Assembly (NCBI GenBank): GCA_902623995.1
Contig: CACNWE010000002.1
Location: forward strand, 203,282-235,281
Reading direction: 5' to 3'
DNA: 32,000 nt
From: an uncultured SAR116 cluster alpha proteobacterium
GTDB taxonomy: Bacteria; Pseudomonadota; Alphaproteobacteria; Puniceispirillales; Marisalimonadaceae
In this document: piece after piece, positions 8,101 to 17,025 of the stretch
Layout of the letters: each line of letters begins with the position of its first letter
How positions within the stretch are numbered: the stretch's first letter is position 1
Translations under genes and position numbers: made by a program
Notes under the pieces: generated by a model
Database searches by the model: none
The model's input: only the letters and a program-made list of their open reading frames with translations
Told to the model about the DNA's origin: nothing

Positions 8101-9402
8101 ATGAAAAAAAAAATTGCATATGTTGGTATGTCTGCCGACATTCTTCACAAAGGTCACATTAATATCTTAAAAACTGCCAGTAGATATGGTGAGGTATATG
8201 TAGGATTGTTAACAGATCAAGCAATTGCAAGTTATAAAAATATCCCATATTTAGACTATGAAAAAAGAAAAATAATCCTTGAAAATATAAAATATGTTAA
8301 GAAAGTTGTTCCACAGTTAACCCTAGATTATGTCGAAAATCTTAATCTAATTAAACCTGATTATGTAGTTCATGGTGATGACTGGAAAATTGGTATTCAA
8401 AAGGAAACACGAAAAAGGGTGATTAACACTATAAAAAAGTGGTCCGGTAAGCTTATAGAGCCAAAATATACAGAAAAAATATCATCTACGTTAATAAAAA
8501 AAGAAATGTCAAATTTAATTACTTCGCCTGAAAATAGAATTTCAAGATTAAAACGATTAATGAGCTCTAAAGATATTGTTAAAATATTAGAGTCTCATAA
8601 TCCTCTTACTGGTCTAATAATAGAAAAAATTAATGTTAAAAAAAACAAAAAAACAATAGAGTTTGATGGAATGTGGTCATCTAGTCTAACTGACTCTGCT
8701 ACAAGAGGTCTTCCAGATAATTCTTCTTTATCTTTCTCTGCCCGTATCTCTTCATTAAATGATATGATGGATGTGACAAGTAAGCCAGTTGTTTTTGATG
8801 CAGATAACGGTGGTCAAATTGAACACTTACCTTTTTTAATTAGATCTTTAGAAAGATCTGGTGCATCAGCTATAATAATGGAAGACAAAGTAGGTTTGAA
8901 GAAAAACTCACTATTTAAAAATCAAAAAGACACTAAACAAGATAAACCTGAATTATTTGCAAAAAAAATAAAAAAAATATGTGATTTGCGTCAATCTAAA
9001 GATTTTATGGTTATAGCTAGAATTGAAAGTTTCATAATTGGTAAAGGTTTAACTGATGCCATAAAAAGAGCAGACATATATTCCAAAGCTGGAGCTGATG
9101 CTATTTTAATTCATAGTAAAGAGAAAACACCGGCAGAAATATTCTCTTTCGCTAAAGAATTTAAAAAAAGTAAAAATTTTATTCCGTTAGTTTGTGTTCC
9201 TTCTACTTATTCTAAAGTAAAGGAAGATGATTTGATAAAACATGGATTTAAATTAGTCATATATGCTAACCAACTTCTAAGAGCTGCTTACCCAGCAATG
9301 CAAGAGACTGCAAGAACGATTTTGAAAAATCAAAGAGCATTTGAAGCTGATAAAAAAATAATACCAATCAATGAAATAATAAACTTAATTAAAAATGATT
9401 AA
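8101..9402 (+). CDS. pepM: Bifunctional cytidylyltransferase / phosphoenolpyruvate mutase (Fom1-like, PntC-Ppm type fusion)
   Basis: The N-terminal ~135 aa carry HxGH (ADILHKGHINIL) and YTEKISSTLI, as in TagD-type cytidylyltransferases. The C-terminal domain has FDGMWSSSLTDS, FDADNGG, the PepM-diagnostic EDKVGLKKNS (EDKxxxxxNS), ARIES and GADAILIHS. The ORF track extends to 7996, but that part overlaps the upstream gene; ATG 8101 (MKKKIAYVG) is the sensible start. Confidence 0.9.
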   Translation: MKKKIAYVGMSADILHKGHINILKTASRYGEVYVGLLTDQAIASYKNIPYLDYEKRKIILENIKYVKKVVPQLTLDYVENLNLIKPDYVVHGDDWKIGIQKETRKRVINTIKKWSGKLIEPKYTEKISSTLIKKEMSNLITSPENRISRLKRLMSSKDIVKILESHNPLTGLIIEKINVKKNKKTIEFDGMWSSSLTDSATRGLPDNSSLSFSARISSLNDMMDVTSKPVVFDADNGGQIEHLPFLIRSLERSGASAIIMEDKVGLKKNSLFKNQKDTKQDKPELFAKKIKKICDLRQSKDFMVIARIESFIIGKGLTDAIKRADIYSKAGADAILIHSKEKTPAEIFSFAKEFKKSKNFIPLVCVPSTYSKVKEDDLIKHGFKLVIYANQLLRAAYPAMQETARTILKNQRAFEADKKIIPINEIINLIKND

Positions 9403-10492
9403 AGTTGAAGAACTAATAAACATTTTTAAAAAAAATAATAGTAATTTTTTTACAGGTGTTCCAGACAGTGTTTTAAAAGAATTGTCATCGTTTCTTCAAA
9501 GTAAAAATAAAAAAAACCATATTATTGCTACCAGCGAAGGCTCAGCTGTGTCAATTGGTATAGGTCATTACCTGTCTAAAAAAGAGATACCAATAATTTA
9601 TATGCAAAATTCTGGGCTTTCAAATGCATTAAATCCTTTAATATCAATGGCACATGATAAAGTTTATTCGATACCATTAATTTTAGTGATTGGGTGGAGA
9701 GGTTCACCAATGCTTAAAGATGAACCCCAGCATAATGTAAAAGGTATGATTACTGAACAACTTTTAAAACTATTAAAAATTAAATACACTATTATAAGAT
9801 CGCCTGCTGACTTAAATAAATTTGATAAACAAATTAAACTTGCAAATAAAAATAAAACTATTGTTGCCTGTTTGATTGAGCAAGGCACCTTCCAAAAAAC
9901 TAAAATAATTAACAAAAAAGATTTTTATGCACTAGAAAAAGAATTTTTTTTTAAAACCTTGCTCGAAAACATTAATATAAAGACAAAAATAATCTCAAGT
10001 ACTGGCTATAATTCTAGAGAACTAATGTACTTTAGAAAAAAATATAAGCTATTTCATGGTAGAGATTTCTACATGGTTGGTGGTATGGGTCATACTGCAT
10101 CCACAGCACTTGGTTATTCTTTGTTTTCACAAAACACAACATTATGTATAGATGGTGATGGGTCATGTTTGATGCATCTTGGATCAATTAAAACTGTAGG
10201 TATGTTTGCAAGTACAAATTTTAAATATATTCTTTTAAATAATAACTCACATGACTCTGTAGGCGGTCAACTTACTTACGCGAGCGAAATTGATTTTGAA
10301 AAATTAAGTATCAGTCTTGGCTTTGAAAAGTATTATTGTATCGACAATCAATATAAGTTGGAAGATAAAATTAAGGAATTTTTATCAGAAAAAAATCTTA
10401 GTTTCCTTGAAGTAAAAATAGCAAATTGTAAAATTAAAGAATTACCCCGACCATTAAATTTTATTAAAATTAAAAACGATTTTATGGAATAA
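9395..10492 (+). CDS. ppd: Phosphonopyruvate decarboxylase (thiamine-diphosphate dependent)
   Basis: ThDP-binding motif GDGSCLMHLGS...LNNNSHDSVGGQ. The ~365 aa size is typical of Ppd. The start overlaps the pepM stop (ATGATTAA), implying translational coupling. Confidence 0.85.
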   Translation: MIKVEELINIFKKNNSNFFTGVPDSVLKELSSFLQSKNKKNHIIATSEGSAVSIGIGHYLSKKEIPIIYMQNSGLSNALNPLISMAHDKVYSIPLILVIGWRGSPMLKDEPQHNVKGMITEQLLKLLKIKYTIIRSPADLNKFDKQIKLANKNKTIVACLIEQGTFQKTKIINKKDFYALEKEFFFKTLLENINIKTKIISSTGYNSRELMYFRKKYKLFHGRDFYMVGGMGHTASTALGYSLFSQNTTLCIDGDGSCLMHLGSIKTVGMFASTNFKYILLNNNSHDSVGGQLTYASEIDFEKLSISLGFEKYYCIDNQYKLEDKIKEFLSEKNLSFLEVKIANCKIKELPRPLNFIKIKNDFME

Positions 10493-11596
10493 ATGATAAA
10501 TACAACAAGTGAAATTACTAATTACTTAGATAATGATTCCTATAAAAAAATATTCATTTTATGTGGAAAAAAATCTTTTACATTTTCTGGTGCAGAAGTA
10601 TTTTTTAAAAATATATTAAGAAAAAAAAAGATTAAAATTTTTTATAAAAGATCAGAAATACCTGACTTTAATGAATTAGTTTCAATAATAAAAATTATTA
10701 GAAATTTCAAACCAAATTTAATTTTAGCCGTAGGTGGGGGTGCAGTATTAGATTATGCAAAAATTGCTAATGTTGTTGATATAAAGTCTAATTTAGTAGA
10801 CTTAATTTCTAATTATTCATACCCTTTTGAAAATAAATATACAAAATTAGTTGTTATTCCCACTACAGCAGGATCTGGGGCCGAAATCACTTCCAATGCT
10901 GTTATTTATGTTGATGGTATAAAACATTCATTGGAAAGTGATCTATTAATACCTGATAAATTCTTTTTAATTCCAAATTTTTTGATTTCTGCACCATTTA
11001 AAGTCAAAGCATCAGCGGGCTTTGATGCTATTGCACAAGCTTTAGAGTCCTTGATTTCAAAAAAATCTACGTTGGAAAGCATAGAGTACGCATCAAATTC
11101 ACTCAAAATTTCAATTGATTACTATTTTCATTATTTAAATAATACAAATCTTAAAAATGCATCAGAAATGAGTTTAGCTGCAAATTTAGCTGGAAAGGCA
11201 ATCAGTATTTCAAAAACAACAGCACCACATGCAATATCATACCCTTTTACCTTTTTATTTAATATAAGTCACGGACATGCAGTAAGTTTATTTTTTGAAA
11301 AAATTTTTAAGTATAATTATTATAATTTAAGTGAATCGGATACTCAATTTGATCTAGAGAAAAGATTTGAGCTTATTTTTGATTTGCTAGAAGTTAAAAA
11401 TATAAAAGATTTTATTTCAAAAATTATTTCAATAAAAAAATATGCTAGGCTAGAAGATAATTTGACTAAGTTAAATATAGATATTGAAAAAAGCTCAGAA
11501 AAAATTATTGGAGGAATAAATTTTTTAAGGCTTGGAAATAATCCTATTAAATTAGATGATCAAAAAATTTATAAAATTATTACAGATCGAATGTAA
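10493..11596 (+). CDS. Iron-containing (group III) alcohol dehydrogenase; predicted phosphonoacetaldehyde reductase giving 2-hydroxyethylphosphonate
   Basis: AVGGGAVLDYAKI, PTTAGSGAEITSNAV and conserved His residues (APHAISYP, SHGHAV). The ATG directly abuts the ppd stop (TAAATG). The Fe-ADH family call is firm; the substrate is inferred from the pepM-ppd context (FomC/PhpC/Pdh precedent). Confidence 0.75.
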   Translation: MINTTSEITNYLDNDSYKKIFILCGKKSFTFSGAEVFFKNILRKKKIKIFYKRSEIPDFNELVSIIKIIRNFKPNLILAVGGGAVLDYAKIANVVDIKSNLVDLISNYSYPFENKYTKLVVIPTTAGSGAEITSNAVIYVDGIKHSLESDLLIPDKFFLIPNFLISAPFKVKASAGFDAIAQALESLISKKSTLESIEYASNSLKISIDYYFHYLNNTNLKNASEMSLAANLAGKAISISKTTAPHAISYPFTFLFNISHGHAVSLFFEKIFKYNYYNLSESDTQFDLEKRFELIFDLLEVKNIKDFISKIISIKKYARLEDNLTKLNIDIEKSSEKIIGGINFLRLGNNPIKLDDQKIYKIITDRM

Positions 11597-11678
11597 TCGA
11601 AAGTCTAAAAAAGTAATTTAAAAAATTATAAAGATCTAACGTGGTTAATTGTTTCTATTAAATAATTATTAAAGAGAG

Positions 11679-13412
11679 CTAATCTGACAAATCATATGAT
11701 CTTATATCAAACAGTGCTTTTCCTTTATCCTTACCACTTACTATAATACCGTCATAAACGTTTGCACCGCCTACAACAGATTTATATCGATCAAAGAATT
11801 TTCTTTCTACTTTTAACTTGTCAAATAAATTTTTATTATTCGTTATTTTAGCTAAAATGGCAGGAATAATATCTTGTGTGATCATGATATTGACGTCACT
11901 ATTTGAAATATCTTCAGGCCAGTAAATACTTAAAAAGGTACCATATCTGTCTTGTATATCGTACTTATTTATTTCATTGATATCATAATTTTCAAGAGTA
12001 TGACAATTTTTGGTCAGATAAGGGCCATGATCACTTAAAAGAACAATTATAGAATTTTTATCATTTTTTTTAATATTTAGAACATCATTTCTCATTTCTG
12101 TATTAGCTATTTTCATTCTTTCGAAATATGAATTCTTTTCATTTATGTTACATTTTCCGCTGTTTTGTGAATGGCCAGGAAATTTATTATGAGTAAAAAA
12201 TAGTGACTTTTTTTTCTCTGATCTTAAATAATCTTTTTTTAAATTAAGATAATTATTATAATTAAAGTCATCATCAAATATGTCAAATCTGAATTGACCT
12301 TCAAAAATAGCTTTTGTAAGAGTTTTACCTCCAATTTTAGTGACATCCTCTTTAGGATGATAATTATCCCATTTTATAGGTGATGAACTAAAGAAATAAG
12401 GAGATGTAAATATCGCTGATGTTTTATACCCGTTTGCTTTAAATATATCTAATCCTAGGGCATTACCAGATGTATAATGTCTTCCATCACGATTGATTTC
12501 ACCTTGCATTTCAAGAATTCTAGAGATAGCACCTATTGATAACGCGCTATTAGAATATGTTCCATGATAAATTTTGAAACCATTATTTTCTAAAAATTTA
12601 ATATGTTCTTTATTATCGAATCCATAATGATCCAGTGTTTCCAAGTTTGCATATGATTCATATCCCAATATATAAATATTCTTATCTTTAATAATTTTGT
12701 TATTTTTATTTTTCAAGAATTCTAAAAGTTTAGGGTTTTTTTCAAGATATTTTGATTTATGTAAAGAAATGTTATTAAAATTAATTATTATACCACTCAC
12801 AGTAAATAATATTGCGCTTACGTAAGCTATTTTTTTATTAAATAAAAAAAATCCATACATTATTAAAAACAAAATAACTATATATAATCCCTCCATTACA
12901 ATTTGAATGGTAAATATATCATCACCTGGGTTATGTTTATTAGATATTTGAGCCATATTTAATACAGTAAAAGTCAGAGTAAGTCCTGAAAACATCAACA
13001 TTTTCAATGATGCAAAGTAGCTAAAAATTATAGGTAAAATAAAACTAAAAATTAAAATAAAAAATAAAGTAGTACCGAATAGATGAATCAAACCGTTTAT
13101 ATTAAGGTATTCGCTATTAATTATAGAATAATCAAAGACTGGTGACATGGGTAAGATTATTAGGATTAAATCCTTAGTTTCTGGTAAATCTATTTTATTT
13201 TTAAATTTAAAATCTTTATTAAACAGTAAATAAATTATGTAAATAATCATTAAAAATATTAAAGCTAATATAATAATTTTTGAGCCCAATAATAAAAATT
13301 TAGTATTAAATCCCTCTGGAAATAAAAATCTCATTGCAGTCATGCTAAATAGAACAAAAATTGAACTGACGATTAAATCTAAGATAAAATTTGTTTGAGT
13401 TTTTATTTGCAT
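11679..13412 (-). CDS. Polytopic membrane protein with a C-terminal alkaline-phosphatase-superfamily domain (LtaS/EptA/OpgB-like phospho-headgroup transferase or hydrolase)
   Basis: About 6-7 hydrophobic helices in the first ~240 aa, then a soluble domain with NIYILGYESY (metal ligand region), GTYSNSALS and LLSDHGPYL (DH metal ligands). No C/S-x-P-x-R formylglycine motif is present. The ORF track starts at TTG 13481; ATG 13412 (MQIKTQT...) is likelier. Confidence 0.65.
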   Translation of the reverse strand: MQIKTQTNFILDLIVSSIFVLFSMTAMRFLFPEGFNTKFLLLGSKIIILALIFLMIIYIIYLLFNKDFKFKNKIDLPETKDLILIILPMSPVFDYSIINSEYLNINGLIHLFGTTLFFILIFSFILPIIFSYFASLKMLMFSGLTLTFTVLNMAQISNKHNPGDDIFTIQIVMEGLYIVILFLIMYGFFLFNKKIAYVSAILFTVSGIIINFNNISLHKSKYLEKNPKLLEFLKNKNNKIIKDKNIYILGYESYANLETLDHYGFDNKEHIKFLENNGFKIYHGTYSNSALSIGAISRILEMQGEINRDGRHYTSGNALGLDIFKANGYKTSAIFTSPYFFSSSPIKWDNYHPKEDVTKIGGKTLTKAIFEGQFRFDIFDDDFNYNNYLNLKKDYLRSEKKKSLFFTHNKFPGHSQNSGKCNINEKNSYFERMKIANTEMRNDVLNIKKNDKNSIIVLLSDHGPYLTKNCHTLENYDINEINKYDIQDRYGTFLSIYWPEDISNSDVNIMITQDIIPAILAKITNNKNLFDKLKVERKFFDRYKSVVGGANVYDGIIVSGKDKGKALFDIRSYDLSD

Positions 13413-13566
13413 AAATTTCAATATGTAGTTATTTGTTTTGAATATATGATATGTATTATTTATTCCATATAACAACAACAACAGATTAATAACATAAAGT
13501 TAAAATATTTTACTTACAATTTAAAAATTGTGAAACATTACTTACACATTTGATTGAAATTAAACA

Positions 13567-14691
13567 ATGAAACATATTTTATTTATTGCTGCTGATGCTG
13601 ATTCTTTAATTAATTTCAGACTTCCTTTGATAAAAAAAATATTGTCTAGAGGTCACTTGGTAAGTGTTGCATCGCCAATAAATAAATCATCAAAATTTTT
13701 ACAAAAAGAACTTCAAGATATTGGAGTTAGTTTTCATATATTTAAAGTTTCACGAACAGGTTTGAATCTTTTTAAGAATTTTAAATCTTTATTAGAGATA
13801 TACAAAATTATTAAAATTACAAATCCAAATATAATAATTTCTTATATGGCTAAACCTGTAATTTACACAGGCTTAGTATTAAAAATTTTTAAAAAAATCT
13901 CGTATTATCCTATGATTACCGGTATAGGCTATGGTCTCTACGAAAAAAAATCATTCAAACATATGATACTAAAATTATTAATCAAAAATTTATATTATTT
14001 TTCTTTGAAAAGTGCAAAAAAAATAATATTTCAAAATGCTGATGACCAAACATTATTTAGAAAATTTAAGATAATAGATAAATATAAAATATCAGAAATT
14101 GTAAATGGTTCTGGTATTGATTTGAAAGCTTACCCGTTTTCAAAATTACCTAAAAAACCAATATTTTTAATGGTGGCAAGATTACTCATAGATAAAGGAG
14201 TTAGAGAATATGTAGAAGCTGCAAAGATTGTACGTCTTCAATATCCTAATGTGATTTTTCAATTAGCTGGTAACTTAGACGAAAATCCTGCAAGTATTCA
14301 CTTAAAAGAATTAGAGAAATGGATTCATCAAGGAGATATTTTGTATTTAGGAAAATGTAAATCAGTTCATTTAATCCTACAAAATTGTAAATTTTTTGTA
14401 CTTCCTTCTTATCGCGAAGGGACTCCTAGATCCACTCTGGAAGCGCTCTCAACTGGAAGACCAGTAATTACGACTAATGTTCCAGGTTGTAGGGAAACTG
14501 TAACGCATGGGAAAAATGGATTAATAATACCAGTTAAAGATACATTAGCTTTATCGAAGGCAATGATAAAATTGATAAACACAAAGGATGAACAAATTAA
14601 AAAAATGGCTAGAGAAAGTTTTAATATTGCAAAAGATAAATATGAGGTAAGTAAAGTCAACCAAAAAATGATACAAATAATGAACTTATAA
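13567..14691 (+). CDS. Glycosyltransferase family 4, PglA/WbuB-like
   Basis: N-terminal ILFIAADADSLINFRLPLIKKIL resembles the PglA-type N-terminus. REGTPRSTLEALSTGRPVITTNVPGCRETV is the GT4 nucleotide-sugar binding region. Confidence 0.8.
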   Translation: MKHILFIAADADSLINFRLPLIKKILSRGHLVSVASPINKSSKFLQKELQDIGVSFHIFKVSRTGLNLFKNFKSLLEIYKIIKITNPNIIISYMAKPVIYTGLVLKIFKKISYYPMITGIGYGLYEKKSFKHMILKLLIKNLYYFSLKSAKKIIFQNADDQTLFRKFKIIDKYKISEIVNGSGIDLKAYPFSKLPKKPIFLMVARLLIDKGVREYVEAAKIVRLQYPNVIFQLAGNLDENPASIHLKELEKWIHQGDILYLGKCKSVHLILQNCKFFVLPSYREGTPRSTLEALSTGRPVITTNVPGCRETVTHGKNGLIIPVKDTLALSKAMIKLINTKDEQIKKMARESFNIAKDKYEVSKVNQKMIQIMNL

Positions 14692-14814
14692 GTACATAAA
14701 CTCAAGGTTTACAAGAAATATATCAACAAAATTATTTATATTATTTACTTTATAAAAATGTTAAATAATGGATTATAATTTAAACAAAATTTTCTAAATA
14801 AGGTGCTTTTTTAA

Positions 14815-15855
14815 GTGAGTTTAATTGATATTATTTTTGGAACAGTTCCAAATAGTCTAATTTTTTTTATATTTGTGTTTGCCCTAAATATTATATGTGT
14901 TTTTTTATATAAAAAGCTAGCCTTCAGGTTTGGTATTCTTGCTTATCCAAATTTTAGAACTTTACACGAATTATCTATTCCAAGAGGTGGTGGAATAGTT
15001 TTCTCATTTAGTTTTATAGTTGGTGTATTTGTTCTTTGGTATCTAAATTTATTATCGGAAAAATTATTTTTTATATTAGGTTTGGGAGGAACAATAGCAG
15101 TATTATTTGGGTTTATTGATGATATTTATAATATAAGAGCAATTCGTAAACTTTTAATTCAAATTTGTTTAAGTGCTTGGATTTTATTTTGGTTAGAGGA
15201 TGAAATTTTTTTAAATGAACTTGGTTTGTTAGAATTTATTATGTTACCAACGCTTATGTTTTTTATAGTTTGGATAATCAATGCCTATAATTTTATGGAT
15301 GGAATAGATGGAATGGCAGCCACGGGTGCTTTTTATTTTTCAGGAGCCCTAACTTTAATTATGATTATGACTAATAATTTCTCAGAACTAACATTTTTAT
15401 TTTTCCTTTTGATGGCAAGTGTAGGTGCATTTATACTTTTCAATTGGCCTCCAGCAAATATATTTATGGGTGATGCAGGTAGTATTTTTCTAGGTTATGT
15501 TTTTGGTGCATTTATTATTATAACTGTTTTTAGAGGTGAGCTAAGTATTTGGACCTGGCTTGTAATGTTTGGATATTTTTTCGCTGATACAACGGTTACT
15601 CAAATTACAAGAATAATTTTAGTAAAGCAATATTACAAAGCTCATCGAAGTCATGCTTATCAAAATCTTGCAAGAATAACTGGCAGTCATTTTAAAATTA
15701 CCTTTTGTGTGACTGTTTTCCACGTACTTTGGTTGCTGCCTCTTACATTGTGGACTGTCAAACAACCTGAAATGGAAATATTAGCTGTTTTTTTAGCCAT
15801 CACACCAGGCTTGATAGTAGCCTATAAATATGGGCCTATATTATCATCATCGTAG
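14815..15855 (+). CDS. Polyprenyl-phosphate N-acetylhexosamine-1-phosphate transferase (MraY/WecA/WbpL family), the initiating transferase
   Basis: INAYNFMDGIDGMA and NIFMGDAGSIFLGY motifs, ~10 predicted transmembrane helices and ~346 aa. GTG start; there is no in-frame ATG near the N-terminus. Confidence 0.9.
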   Translation: MSLIDIIFGTVPNSLIFFIFVFALNIICVFLYKKLAFRFGILAYPNFRTLHELSIPRGGGIVFSFSFIVGVFVLWYLNLLSEKLFFILGLGGTIAVLFGFIDDIYNIRAIRKLLIQICLSAWILFWLEDEIFLNELGLLEFIMLPTLMFFIVWIINAYNFMDGIDGMAATGAFYFSGALTLIMIMTNNFSELTFLFFLLMASVGAFILFNWPPANIFMGDAGSIFLGYVFGAFIIITVFRGELSIWTWLVMFGYFFADTTVTQITRIILVKQYYKAHRSHAYQNLARITGSHFKITFCVTVFHVLWLLPLTLWTVKQPEMEILAVFLAITPGLIVAYKYGPILSSS

Positions 15856-15981
15856 TTGTATAAAATTTTTATATAAAAAATTATATTTAATTTCAAAAGA
15901 GTCATAGAATATCTAAAAAAATTTATAATACTATAAAATGCAAATCTTATACTTCATTTCATTAAAGGAAAAAATTTTTTA

Positions 15982-16950
15982 ATGTTACGTTCAAAAAAAA
16001 TAGCAGTTTGGGGATTGGGTAAACATGCAATCAATCGTATTTTACCTGCAATAAAAAAGGTTAATGGTTTAACATTAGTAGGAGTTTGTTCTCGAAAAAA
16101 AAATATTGTAAAAGAGTATTCAAAGATTATGGGGTGTTATGGATGGACTGATTATAATGAAATGTTAGAGAACAAAGAACTTGATATTATATATTTAGCC
16201 ACCCCAATTGGATTGCACGCAGAACATGGTAAGTGTGTGTTGTTGGCTGGCAAAAACTTATGGTCTGAAAAACCTTTAACTTGTAATCTTTCAGATACTG
16301 AAGACCTTGTGTTACTTTCACAACGAAAGAAATTGGTAATTGCTGAGGGCTTTATGTATTTATATCATAAACAATTTAAAGAAATTTGTAGTAGAGTAAA
16401 AGAAAAAAAATTTGGATTAATTAAGGAGGTTAATATTAAATTTGGTTTTCCTGAGTTAGAAAATCCAGGTTTCCGGAACAACAGAGATCTCTGTGGTGGT
16501 ACTTTGTGGGATGTTGGGAGTTACTCAATTTCAGCAGCTTTAAAATTATTTAAAAATGAAAAGGTTATAATAAAATATGTAAATAGGAAATTTTCTGAAA
16601 AATATGATGTTGATCTTGATGGTACAGTAATATTAGAATTTTCAGGAGGTGCTAAAGTAATATCAACTTGGCGTGTTGGTTCTAGCTATAAAAATGAGAT
16701 AGATATATGGGGAGATAAAGGATCACTTTACTCAAATAAAATATTTTCTAAGGTTGATGGTGACACTCCAGTTTTAAAATACAGCGACGCATATGGTGTT
16801 GAAAATACATATAAAATAGAATCGATGAATCAATTTGTAGAAATGTTTAAAAGTTTTTTAAAGTTATTTGAATGTGAAAAAAATGCTGAGCAAGAACGTA
16901 AAGATATTATGAAAAGAGCGGGTGTTATGCAGAAAATAGCTGATTATTAA
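15982..16950 (+). CDS. Gfo/Idh/MocA family NAD(P)-dependent oxidoreductase (nucleotide-sugar dehydrogenase or ketoreductase)
   Basis: Rossmann start KIAVWGLGKHAINRILPA and WSEKPL (EKP motif), followed by a C-terminal alpha/beta domain. Confidence 0.8.
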   Translation: MLRSKKIAVWGLGKHAINRILPAIKKVNGLTLVGVCSRKKNIVKEYSKIMGCYGWTDYNEMLENKELDIIYLATPIGLHAEHGKCVLLAGKNLWSEKPLTCNLSDTEDLVLLSQRKKLVIAEGFMYLYHKQFKEICSRVKEKKFGLIKEVNIKFGFPELENPGFRNNRDLCGGTLWDVGSYSISAALKLFKNEKVIIKYVNRKFSEKYDVDLDGTVILEFSGGAKVISTWRVGSSYKNEIDIWGDKGSLYSNKIFSKVDGDTPVLKYSDAYGVENTYKIESMNQFVEMFKSFLKLFECEKNAEQERKDIMKRAGVMQKIADY

Positions 16951-16960
16951 TTAATATTTA

Positions 16961-17000
16961 AGATTTAAAAAGATATAAAAAAATATAAAAAAATATAAAA
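16961..17000. repeat. Four tandem 10-bp A-tract units (AGATTTAAAA AGATATAAAA AAATATAAAA AAATATAAAA) in helical phase; likely intrinsically curved DNA upstream of the cupin gene
   Basis: Read directly. The last two units are identical and the first two differ by 1-2 nt. The array lies between the stop at 16950 and the ATG at 17026, followed by a strong GAGGGAG Shine-Dalgarno at 17012-17018. Confidence 0.7.
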
Positions 17001-17025
17001 TCTTGTATTTTGAGGGAGATATTAA

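Noticed and set aside
11679-13412. Annotating the membrane alkaline-phosphatase-superfamily protein as a sulfatase matched to the PAPS module
   Set aside because: No C/S-x-P-x-R formylglycine motif is present in the translation. The polytopic N-terminus fits LtaS/EptA-type transferases better. A hydrolase role cannot be fully excluded.
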